From: Patescibacteria group bacterium
GTDB taxonomy: Bacteria > Patescibacteriota > Microgenomatia > Levybacterales > GWA1-39-11
Length of the DNA stretch: 64,000 bases
NCBI GenBank assembly: GCA_035549315.1
Contig: DASZRC010000027.1
Location: 4,514 to 68,513 of the forward strand
Direction of reading: 5' to 3'
The notes under the pieces are model-generated. The model did not search any database. It was not told the DNA's origin and saw only the letters and a program-made list of their open reading frames with translations. A program made the position numbers and the translations under genes. Below are positions 44,562 to 52,824 of this stretch, in pieces (position 1 is the first letter of the stretch; each line of letters starts with the position of its first letter).

Positions 44562-47420
44562 ATGAATATTCTGTCCTATTACAAAATTATGGAATTTGAT
44601 ACGGCAAGAACGCCTCCGTTACCGTCTGCTCCCACAGATCAAGAAAAATATATGTACCTTAAAAGGGGTAATAGATCTCTTATCTTTTTTTCAATAATAA
44701 GCTTTATTGGAATTTATATTAGTCTGTTTGATTTTCTTGGTAATCACACAGCACTTTGGCCACTGTATGTGTACCTTGTTCTTACCGGAATTTATTTTGT
44801 AGATTCTATTATTGTTAATTTCTTCTCAAAAGATTTTGACATTAAAAAACATAAATATCTGGTTAATAAATGGTCCAAGGGTCTTGATAGAAGGGTTGAT
44901 GTTTTTCTGCCAACAGCCGGAGAAGATATATCCATATTACAAAACACGTGGAATGGAATATTAGACATGACCAAAAACTTTGGCGGGAAAATCCAAGTCT
45001 ATTGTCTTGATGACTCAGCAAGAACGGAAGTCAAAACTCTGGCAGAAATATATGGATTCAATTACATAGTCAGACCAAAAAGAGGATGGTTTAAAAAATC
45101 CGGAAACCTGCGATATGGGTACAAAGTTTCTAATGGAGAATTTATTGCAATTTTTGATGCAGACTTTAAACCAAGGGCAGACTTTTTGAATGAACTTTTA
45201 CCTTACTTACTTGAATATAAAGATGTAGGACTAGTCCAATCCCCGCAATATTTTGATGTAAACAAAAATCAGAATTGGCTGCAAAGGGGCGCAGGAGAAG
45301 TACAAGAATTATTTTATAGAATGTGCCAAGTTTCTCGCCAAAGCCACAACGCCTCAATTTGCGTTGGCTCAAATGCATTGTATAGAAGAGACGCACTTGC
45401 AGAATCCGGAGGGACAGCGCTTATTCAACACTCAGAAGATGTACATACCGGTTTCAACATGAGAATGAAGGGATGGACGATACAATATATCCCAATAGTT
45501 CTTGCCAAAGGCCTTTGTCCTGACGACATGGTCTCTTTCTTCAAACAACAATACAGGTGGTGCATGGGGTCAATGACACTTTTGTCCTCTCATAAATTTT
45601 GGCATACCAAAATTTCATTAAAGGCTCGCCTCTCATATTTCTCCGGATTTTTATATTATATTCATACTGCAATTAGTTCTTTTATAGCGCCAATTATTCC
45701 GCTAACCGTCCTAATCTTTTTCCCGGAAAAAGTTTATTGGGGAACATATCTCTATATTCTTCCTTCAATAATATTTATACAAATCATTTATCCTCTTTGG
45801 CACAGAGCCGTTTATGGCATTGAAGCTTGGTCAACCAGAATTGTTTATGGATGGGCTCATCTATATGCAATTTTTGACGGAATAACAAAGGACGCAATGT
45901 CATGGCAGCCAACCGGAACAAAAAGTAAAGCAGACCCCAAGTATTTTAGATTTAGACTGTTACAAATAATTTTTAATTTATTACCCTCTATTGTTTGGGT
46001 TTATCTTGCAGCCCGCCAGGTAATTGTCTACAACAACTTTGTTTTTATTCCAATATTATTAAGCGGAATTTATTACTACCTAATATGTGCAAAGATTAGT
46101 TTCTTTGTTTCCAACAGCAGACTAAATTTTGGTGATTTATTTTCTGCAAATATCAAAAGCGTGTCAAAACAAATTGTAATTGCTATGCCGTTATTAATAT
46201 TAGTTTCTCTGGGGGTATTACTTTTTAATGCCAACTCTTTGAATATTAAATTTAATTTCTACCAGAGCAAACCAATAGTAAGCGGGGTTAGCCAAAAGAA
46301 GACTTCTATTAAAAATGCTTATGCAAATAACACATTGATTCAGAGTGTTAATAATGATGAGATATTATTAAAGACGTGGACATATTACAAAGATAATTTT
46401 GTTACAGAAAATGGCCAAAGCATTGACCCTGATAGACAATACAAAACAACTTCTGAAGGACAATCATACATACTGCTAAGAAGTGTGATAATAAATGATA
46501 AAGATACGTTTGAAAAATCCTGGAGCTGGACAAAAGAAAATCTTCAGCACAAACAAAATGATAAACTTTTTTCTTGGTTATGGGGAGGAGCAACTCCTGC
46601 AAAAGAAAAAGTTATCTATAAAGAAAACGCAACAGACGCAGATGAAGATATTGCATTGGCTTTAATACTTGCATCATACAAATGGAACAATAAGGAATAT
46701 TTAGCGGAAGCAAAGGCAATAATTTCTGACATATGGAAATTTAATGTTGTTAAACAAAACACCAGATATTATTTATTGGGAGGATCACAATTTAATAAAC
46801 CCCAAGGATTTGTTATAAACCCATCCTACATCTCTCCTGCCTCGTACAAAATATTCTCCGCTGTTGATAAAGATCATCCTTGGAAAAATCTGGCAAAAGA
46901 TTCATATTACTTACTCCAAAAAATTAATCTAGATACCCCCAATACGGTTGGTCTTCCTCCAAATTGGATATTGTTAAGTAGGTCCGGAAAAATTACCAAA
47001 GCAACAATTTTTGTTACCGGCAACTCTGACATGTACGGCTATGATGCATTTAGGACTTTTTGGAGAGTAGCGCTTGACGCAAATTGGTTTGACAACAAAG
47101 AAGCAAAAGATTATCTAAGTATTGCAGAAATATTTTTTGGAGAAAAATGGAATAAGGATAAAAAGATAAATGCAGTATATACTACAGATGGAAAAGTAAT
47201 AGATAGTAAACAAAGTGTTAGCACCTATACCGGCCCACTTTCTGTATTTAGCATAAGGGACAAAAAGATAGCGGATGAAATTTACAAAGACTACTATAAT
47301 AAGCAGCTAAACCATGATGGATACTGGGGAAACGGAAAAAATTATTATGACCAAAACTGGGCTTGGTTTGCAACTGCTTTGTATTCCGGCAATATAAAAC
47401 TTCCAAAAAACTTACCCTAA
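44562..47420 (+). CDS. Fusion protein: an N-terminal GT2 cellulose-synthase-like domain (BcsA-type) and a C-terminal GH8 endoglucanase domain (BcsZ-type)
   Basis: The GT2 motifs are …CLDDSARTE…, …FDADFKP…, …SEDVHTG… and QQYRW. The GH8 signature motifs are …TTSEGQSYILL… and …ATDADEDIALALILASYKW…. Confidence 0.75.
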   Translation: MNILSYYKIMEFDTARTPPLPSAPTDQEKYMYLKRGNRSLIFFSIISFIGIYISLFDFLGNHTALWPLYVYLVLTGIYFVDSIIVNFFSKDFDIKKHKYLVNKWSKGLDRRVDVFLPTAGEDISILQNTWNGILDMTKNFGGKIQVYCLDDSARTEVKTLAEIYGFNYIVRPKRGWFKKSGNLRYGYKVSNGEFIAIFDADFKPRADFLNELLPYLLEYKDVGLVQSPQYFDVNKNQNWLQRGAGEVQELFYRMCQVSRQSHNASICVGSNALYRRDALAESGGTALIQHSEDVHTGFNMRMKGWTIQYIPIVLAKGLCPDDMVSFFKQQYRWCMGSMTLLSSHKFWHTKISLKARLSYFSGFLYYIHTAISSFIAPIIPLTVLIFFPEKVYWGTYLYILPSIIFIQIIYPLWHRAVYGIEAWSTRIVYGWAHLYAIFDGITKDAMSWQPTGTKSKADPKYFRFRLLQIIFNLLPSIVWVYLAARQVIVYNNFVFIPILLSGIYYYLICAKISFFVSNSRLNFGDLFSANIKSVSKQIVIAMPLLILVSLGVLLFNANSLNIKFNFYQSKPIVSGVSQKKTSIKNAYANNTLIQSVNNDEILLKTWTYYKDNFVTENGQSIDPDRQYKTTSEGQSYILLRSVIINDKDTFEKSWSWTKENLQHKQNDKLFSWLWGGATPAKEKVIYKENATDADEDIALALILASYKWNNKEYLAEAKAIISDIWKFNVVKQNTRYYLLGGSQFNKPQGFVINPSYISPASYKIFSAVDKDHPWKNLAKDSYYLLQKINLDTPNTVGLPPNWILLSRSGKITKATIFVTGNSDMYGYDAFRTFWRVALDANWFDNKEAKDYLSIAEIFFGEKWNKDKKINAVYTTDGKVIDSKQSVSTYTGPLSVFSIRDKKIADEIYKDYYNKQLNHDGYWGNGKNYYDQNWAWFATALYSGNIKLPKNLP

Positions 47421-47583
47421 CTTAGGCTTATAATATTTGACTTTCTAATCAATTCTGGATATGATTCCATGATATGGTATTAAGAGAAGGGGTCGAGGTC
47501 ACAGATGACGATCGTGACTGGGTTGATAAAATAACCGGACATATTAAAACTCCAGCTTTTGAGGAAGATGCATATACAAACTT

Positions 47584-48297
47584 CTAAACTTTAGCGGCAA
47601 TAACTTCCACTACATTAGATGTATGAGGACTAATCATGGATCTACCAAAGTCTTGATAAAGTCTTTCGTCATGCTGCAAAATATCCTCAATCTCAAATCC
47701 GGATGCTTTAAGATGTGATGTAATAGAGCCAGCTGAATGAAAATACCTATTTATCATATTAGAATAATCTAGGGATCCGTCTGGTTTTGTAAAGGGATAG
47801 CTAGTCATACTAGTTTTGTCGTCATAAGTTGCACCTGGTAAAGTTCGTTCAGGATCATCCAAGGATCTTACAACAACAAACATTTTGTGGCCTTTTTTTA
47901 GAACCCTATGCAACTCTTTTAGCGAAGCGTCAAGCTTATCCTTTGGCAAATAGTGAAGAAGAAGTCTTGCGTAGATATAATCAAAGCTTTCATCGACGTA
48001 TGGTAAAGGCTCAGAAACGTCTTCTTTTTTAATCTTTATTCTATCTTCCAAACCCGCTACCCTAACAATATCAACAACCCCATCTATTCCCTTATCATCA
48101 ATGCTAGTTGCAGTAATAATTCTTTCCTTGTTACCCAAAGCCATTTTTAACTCTGCTATACCTCCCGTACTTATTCCAGGACTATAAACGCTCAAGTCTG
48201 AATCGGTAAGCAAATTCAATCCTCGCCTTTCACTCTCGGAAAACTTCTCTTGAGAAAGAATATCTTTTATTTGAATCGGGAGATTTTCCAATGTCAT
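47584..48297 (-). CDS. Class I SAM-dependent methyltransferase
   Basis: Rossmann-fold methyltransferase motifs (…GIDGVVDIVRVAG…, …DESFDYIYARLLLHYL…). Confidence 0.6.
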   Translation of the reverse strand: MTLENLPIQIKDILSQEKFSESERRGLNLLTDSDLSVYSPGISTGGIAELKMALGNKERIITATSIDDKGIDGVVDIVRVAGLEDRIKIKKEDVSEPLPYVDESFDYIYARLLLHYLPKDKLDASLKELHRVLKKGHKMFVVVRSLDDPERTLPGATYDDKTSMTSYPFTKPDGSLDYSNMINRYFHSAGSITSHLKASGFEIEDILQHDERLYQDFGRSMISPHTSNVVEVIAAKV

Positions 48298-48330
48298 ATT
48301 TATGATTCTACAACTTATCGCAAGTAATAA

Positions 48331-48810
48331 CTATCTATCCTTTATCCGATAGACAAATTTTAAACCTGAATAGATATCATTTATTGCTGCAACTTTTACA
48401 TCTACCAAGCCGTTTTTAAGACCTATTCCCCGAATTATATTTTCATCAAGATCTGTAACAACGCCAGATGTTTTTTTGGGCCAAGATACCCAAAGAGCAC
48501 CATCTTTTTTGAGATGAACAAAAGCTTGTCTAAATAGAGTCTCTAGATCCTCTTTTGACTTAGAAAATATGTGTATGTAGTCAAAATTTCCATCCAATTT
48601 GTTTTTAGCCACTATATAATAAGGAAGCTCACCCAGGGATTCTTTAAAATCGCTAGGCTCGTTGATAAATATAACTCGGGAATTTTCTTTTATCCCAAGC
48701 TTTTTATAAAGTGGAGTACTTGAATAGCCAGTCATAAGCCTGTTCTTAGATATTAGATCTTGGATCTTAGATTTATATAAAAGATATAAGCAATTGTAGC
48801 ATAATTGCAT
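48331..48810 (-). CDS. Hypothetical protein. The true start may be the internal Met at ~48735.
   Basis: ORF only. Confidence 0.4.
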   Translation of the reverse strand: MQLCYNCLYLLYKSKIQDLISKNRLMTGYSSTPLYKKLGIKENSRVIFINEPSDFKESLGELPYYIVAKNKLDGNFDYIHIFSKSKEDLETLFRQAFVHLKKDGALWVSWPKKTSGVVTDLDENIIRGIGLKNGLVDVKVAAINDIYSGLKFVYRIKDR

Positions 48811-48841
48811 TTTAGGAAAAAAAGGCTATAATTCGAGAAAT

Positions 48842-49126
48842 ATGAGTAGATGGCCAGAAACTCCTAATTATCAAGGTGATGGTTTTTTTGTAGACGGGGG
48901 ACCTATTAAGCTTAGCAATGGAGAAAAAGCGGCTATGCTTTTTACTGCTGCCCTTATTACTACTATTGCCGTTCTTTCTAGTGGAGACAAAAAGACAGGA
49001 ACCGTTCAAGATGTTCCCTTTAACCAAAAACCGGACTATAAGCAACTCCACAAAGTTCTTGAACAATCCGAAATAAAATTAGTACCCTACCAACCGTCTG
49101 GAATAAATACTCCCCACGCTAGATAA
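48842..49126 (+). CDS. Hypothetical protein (94 aa)
   Basis: ORF only. Confidence 0.35.
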   Translation: MSRWPETPNYQGDGFFVDGGPIKLSNGEKAAMLFTAALITTIAVLSSGDKKTGTVQDVPFNQKPDYKQLHKVLEQSEIKLVPYQPSGINTPHAR

Positions 49127-49158
49127 TTTTATTACTTTTAATTTGCTATACTTAACTC

Positions 49159-49716
49159 ATGGAATGGAAATCTTATAGATATAAAAATATAACTTTTTTA
49201 ATACTCACCTTTTTACTTTCCTTAACCTTAGGAAGTTTTGGACCATTTCATGATCTTCTTATTTGGGCCGGGTATTCTGCTGCTTTTATTGCCGGGGTTT
49301 TCTTTATTTCAACTTTCACTGCGCCTATTTCTGCTGCCGCCTTACTAATTTTGGCGGAGTATTATTCTTTACCCGGAATTGGGCTTGCTGCAATTTTTGG
49401 TGCAATGGTAAGTGATTACTTTTTCTTTAGCTTTACAAAAGATAATTTAGGACGTGAAATAGAACCAATTTATGAAGGTCTTGCCGGAAACCATTTTGAT
49501 AAAGTTATAAGTACAAAACATTTTAGATGGATGTTTCCGGTAATTGGGGCTTTAATTATTTTGTCCCCACTTCCAAAAGATCCGGGGCTTAACATGATGG
49601 GAATTCCAAAACTAAAAAAATCTCAGTTTGTATTAATGTCTATGGGGATGAATATTGTAGGAATCGCTTTTATCCTACTGCTATCTTTTGTCATCAAACC
49701 AACTCCAATAATATAG
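49159..49716 (+). CDS. Hypothetical integral membrane protein (185 aa)
   Basis: ORF with several TM segments. Confidence 0.45.
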   Translation: MEWKSYRYKNITFLILTFLLSLTLGSFGPFHDLLIWAGYSAAFIAGVFFISTFTAPISAAALLILAEYYSLPGIGLAAIFGAMVSDYFFFSFTKDNLGREIEPIYEGLAGNHFDKVISTKHFRWMFPVIGALIILSPLPKDPGLNMMGIPKLKKSQFVLMSMGMNIVGIAFILLLSFVIKPTPII

Positions 49717-49719
49717 ATC

Positions 49720-50508
49720 TTAAGTTCTGGAATTATTTTTATTAGGCTTAATTAATCTTTCAACGGCTTCACTCGTTAATAATTCTGCATTAGTTAAAGA
49801 ATGAGCAAAAGCGGCATTACGATATCCTCTTTCTCTCATAAATCTCCATTGGGAAACTCCAGCAAAAAATTGAACAACGGGCTTAGCTTTTAAATTAAGC
49901 GTCTTCTTCCCTGTATCTTTATTTTCTTCTAGTTCAATCGCGTGATACAACGCAAAAGCAGCTGCTGCTCCTATACCCACACCCCAATCTAAAAATTTAT
50001 TGTCTTTACCAACAATAACGGATGGTAGAGATCTGAATGTAGCTTCTTCTACCTGCGGGGCAACACCTGTTGCTATAACCCCCATCTCAAAAGGAGCTCT
50101 ATTTATTAGTTCCGCCATTTTTTTAACATTGTCTTTACCTAATCCAATCTGGAGCCCCATCTTGTCAGTAACATTTTTAACTAAAAGCTCTACGGACGTA
50201 ACTGCGGTAACTTCCACAGCTGTTTTGATATAATCACGAATATCTACTTTTGACTCCTTACCCGAAATGCTTGCTACACCTTTCTCCAACGCTATTGTAT
50301 ATGCCAATCCTCCAACAACACCAATCCAAGTACCTGCCAAAAATTTTGCCCAATTTTCTTTTGGAATTCCCGCTAGAATAGCCTTTAAATCTTCATCTCC
50401 GCTACCTACTTCTCCAATAGATTTTTTTTGTTTAGATTTGAATTTTGCAAAGAGATCTCTGCTCGAAAACCCCTTTTCATCGCTTGGCATATTATTATTT
50501 TCTGTCAT
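49720..50508 (-). CDS. CPBP-family intramembrane glutamic endopeptidase (CAAX protease/Abi-like)
   Basis: Motifs EEATFR (EExxxR), FALYHAIE (FxxxH) and HSLTN (HxxxN). The ORF-track start at 50580 runs into a duplicated tRNA fragment, so the internal Met at 50508 is the likelier start. Confidence 0.6.
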   Translation of the reverse strand: MTENNNMPSDEKGFSSRDLFAKFKSKQKKSIGEVGSGDEDLKAILAGIPKENWAKFLAGTWIGVVGGLAYTIALEKGVASISGKESKVDIRDYIKTAVEVTAVTSVELLVKNVTDKMGLQIGLGKDNVKKMAELINRAPFEMGVIATGVAPQVEEATFRSLPSVIVGKDNKFLDWGVGIGAAAAFALYHAIELEENKDTGKKTLNLKAKPVVQFFAGVSQWRFMRERGYRNAAFAHSLTNAELLTSEAVERLIKPNKNNSRT

Positions 50509-50536
50509 ATTTTTATTGGGAGAGATTTTCACTTGT

Positions 50537-50576
50537 GAAGTACTGAGTTCACCGAAGTGCGGAGAGGGCGAGATTC
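50537..50576. repeat. 40-bp direct repeat, copy 1. It duplicates the 3'-terminal 17 nt of tRNA-Ser(TGA) plus 23 nt of 3' flank.
   Basis: Identical to 50643..50682. Confidence 0.85.
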
Positions 50577-50642
50577 CCATTCGACTTCGCTCAGGGTAAA
50601 CTTCTCATCTCGCATCTTCCATTCCTCAGCAATCTCAGTATC

Positions 50643-50682
50643 GAAGTACTGAGTTCACCGAAGTGCGGAGAGGGCGAGATTC
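50643..50682. repeat. 40-bp direct repeat, copy 2. It overlaps the 3' end of tRNA-Ser(TGA).
   Basis: Seen in the sequence. Confidence 0.85.
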
Positions 50683-50752
50683 GAACTCGCGGTGAGCTTG
50701 CACCCACAAAGGTTTTCAAGACCTTCGCACTAGACCACTATGCGACCTCTCC
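50666..50752 (-). tRNA. tRNA-Ser (anticodon UGA)
   Basis: Manual fold: acceptor GGAGAGG/CCTCTCC, anticodon loop CTTGAAA, long variable arm, T-loop GTTCGAATC and discriminator G. CCA is not encoded. Confidence 0.85.
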
Positions 50753-50799
50753 AGATTGTCATATTATATCCGAAATCGAGGCTACCAACAAGGTGAAAG

Positions 50800-52119
50800 C
50801 TATTGAAGGTCAAACATTGAGGAAGCAAGTGTCTCATCATTAATAATTCTTGCAATTTTTGCTCCTCCCATAATCGATTGCAGAAGACCTATCCCGTTGC
50901 AACCAAGATTATATAAAAGACTATCTGACTTAGGATCTTTACCAACCCACCTCGCATGATTCGGAGTATATGCCATCATACCATTCCAATGGTAATCAAA
51001 TTTAGGAACGGACTCTCCAAATGTTCTTTCTAAAAATTCGTTATACACATTATCAACATTAACTTTTGATTCTTCTTGCCAATCATATTCTTCTCCTATA
51101 GATAATTCTTTTTCCGGCCCGCCTACAACAGCCAATGCTTTCCCATTTTTGGAAACCTTGTGATAGTAAAAATATGGGACGTTTGTTATATTTTTTCTTT
51201 CATCAAAAACAAGCACTGTTAAAAAATCCTTGTCGTTATTATCATAGGCAACCATATATCCAACCGATCTACCCAACTTTTTTAATCTATCATCCTCTCT
51301 ATCATTTATAATCACTTTGAAGTCATTGTAGGCGTTGGTACAAAGAACAACTTTCTCTACTCTTATCACATTTTCTCCTGAATATAAGATGGCGCCATCT
51401 CCAATTTTTATTTCACTTATATTTGCTTGTTCAAAAACTTCAAATCTATCAGAATAATTTTTCTTGAGGAACGAAATTATTTTATAGCATAATTCTCCAG
51501 AGTTAACTCTAGCTTTTTTAATATAATCATTTTTAGGAATTGCTGCTCCAACACAACCCTTATCAATAATTCTTAGTTTTCTCAAAATATCATCTTGAGG
51601 AATAACCTCTAAATATTTTTTGTATTTCTCATCAATATCATTAGGAGCAAATTCGGCTGCTAACAAATATTTCCAAGCTCCTCGACCAATCTCATCATCT
51701 ACCATCTCTTCTTCTATGCCTCCCCAAAATGATTCGATAGTCGTATATACTAATCCTCCGTCCGGTACAAAATTAATTTCATCCATTCCACAATCTTTAA
51801 TAATCTTCTCGAGCAAATCCCAAGCGGACCTAAGTTCAGAAAAACCGTTTTTCACTTTTTCCTTTCCAAACTCCTTTATTAGCTCTTGTGTTACTGCTTC
51901 CATAGAGTTAACGGCAAATCCAGCATTATGTCCTGTTGCCCCACTTGCTATTTTATTTTTTTCAAGCAAGACAACTTTTTTGTTTGTGTTTTTAAGAAGA
52001 AAATACAAGGTAGAAACTCCGGCTATTCCCCCACCTATTATTGCTATATCAGAATCAACATCGCCTGAGAGTGACAAAAAAGAAGGCCTATCAAATTTAA
52101 GCCAGGGAGAATTGTCCAT
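50800..52119 (-). CDS. FAD-dependent oxidoreductase (DAO/glycine-oxidase-like)
   Basis: N-terminal dinucleotide-binding motif DIAIIGGGIAGVSTLYFL…LLEK. Confidence 0.7.
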   Translation of the reverse strand: MDNSPWLKFDRPSFLSLSGDVDSDIAIIGGGIAGVSTLYFLLKNTNKKVVLLEKNKIASGATGHNAGFAVNSMEAVTQELIKEFGKEKVKNGFSELRSAWDLLEKIIKDCGMDEINFVPDGGLVYTTIESFWGGIEEEMVDDEIGRGAWKYLLAAEFAPNDIDEKYKKYLEVIPQDDILRKLRIIDKGCVGAAIPKNDYIKKARVNSGELCYKIISFLKKNYSDRFEVFEQANISEIKIGDGAILYSGENVIRVEKVVLCTNAYNDFKVIINDREDDRLKKLGRSVGYMVAYDNNDKDFLTVLVFDERKNITNVPYFYYHKVSKNGKALAVVGGPEKELSIGEEYDWQEESKVNVDNVYNEFLERTFGESVPKFDYHWNGMMAYTPNHARWVGKDPKSDSLLYNLGCNGIGLLQSIMGGAKIARIINDETLASSMFDLQ

Positions 52120-52184
52120 TATGTAATTATACGATAGCCCCTTTGCAAACCACTAGCGGACTTGTCCGCCGTAGCTCGCTTCGG

Positions 52185-52270
52185 CGAGCAAAGGCGGAGG
52201 AGACAGGATTCGAACCTGCGAGAGTCTTACGACTCAGGGATTTAGCAAACCCCCTCAGTGGGCCACTGTG
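52185..52270 (-). tRNA. tRNA-Ser (anticodon GCU)
   Basis: Manual fold: acceptor GGAGGAG/CTCCTCC, anticodon loop TTGCTAA, long variable arm and T-loop GGTTCGAATCC. Two GC hairpins follow its 3' end. Confidence 0.8.
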
Positions 52271-52386
52271 ACACTCCTCCAGAGGCTATATTATACCAAA
52301 GCTAAACTTGTTTTTGTTAAATTCTGTTAGGATTTTGTGAGGCTAATTAGGTTGCTCACAAACCCTCCCTGTGCTATGATTTAGAC

Positions 52387-52824
52387 ATGCCTGACATAGT
52401 AGAACATCAGCCGATATCAAATGTGGCTCCAGCAGCTCAGCACATTGAACCCAATCCCCACATGGATGTTGTTGCAGCCAATGTAGATACCGTGCACGAA
52501 AAAGAGATAGAAAAGGAACTTGCAAAAGTTGCAAAAGAAGTTGGAGGAGAGCCAACACATACGGCAGCGCTTGCCCAGGATTTAACAGGGGACAATATCC
52601 AAATTATTGAAAAGCCAAAAGTCCATCCTGATGATAACAGATGGGGAGCAGAAAGATTAGAAGAGATAGAAAATTTGAAAAAGGGAATTAAGGTAAATAA
52701 GAAAAACAATATTCTCTCGGGTCTAACTAGTATTTTTAGCAGAAAAAATAGCGCTACAAAAATGCAGGACCAACAGATAAGTCGTCCGCAACAAACGGAA
52801 GGAGAAATAAAAAATGCAGCTTGA
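52387..52824 (+). CDS. Hypothetical protein (145 aa)
   Basis: ORF only. It overlaps the next gene by 11 bp. Confidence 0.4.
   Translation: MPDIVEHQPISNVAPAAQHIEPNPHMDVVAANVDTVHEKEIEKELAKVAKEVGGEPTHTAALAQDLTGDNIQIIEKPKVHPDDNRWGAERLEEIENLKKGIKVNKKNNILSGLTSIFSRKNSATKMQDQQISRPQQTEGEIKNAA

Noticed and set aside
50537-50752. An integrated prophage or island at tRNA-Ser
   Set aside because: Although the tRNA 3' end is duplicated, the two copies are only 66 bp apart and no integrase or phage-like gene lies nearby. The duplication is more consistent with an excision scar or a local duplication than with a resident element.
51620-52126. 168-aa plus-strand ORF
   Set aside because: It is antisense to the FAD oxidoreductase 50800..52119.
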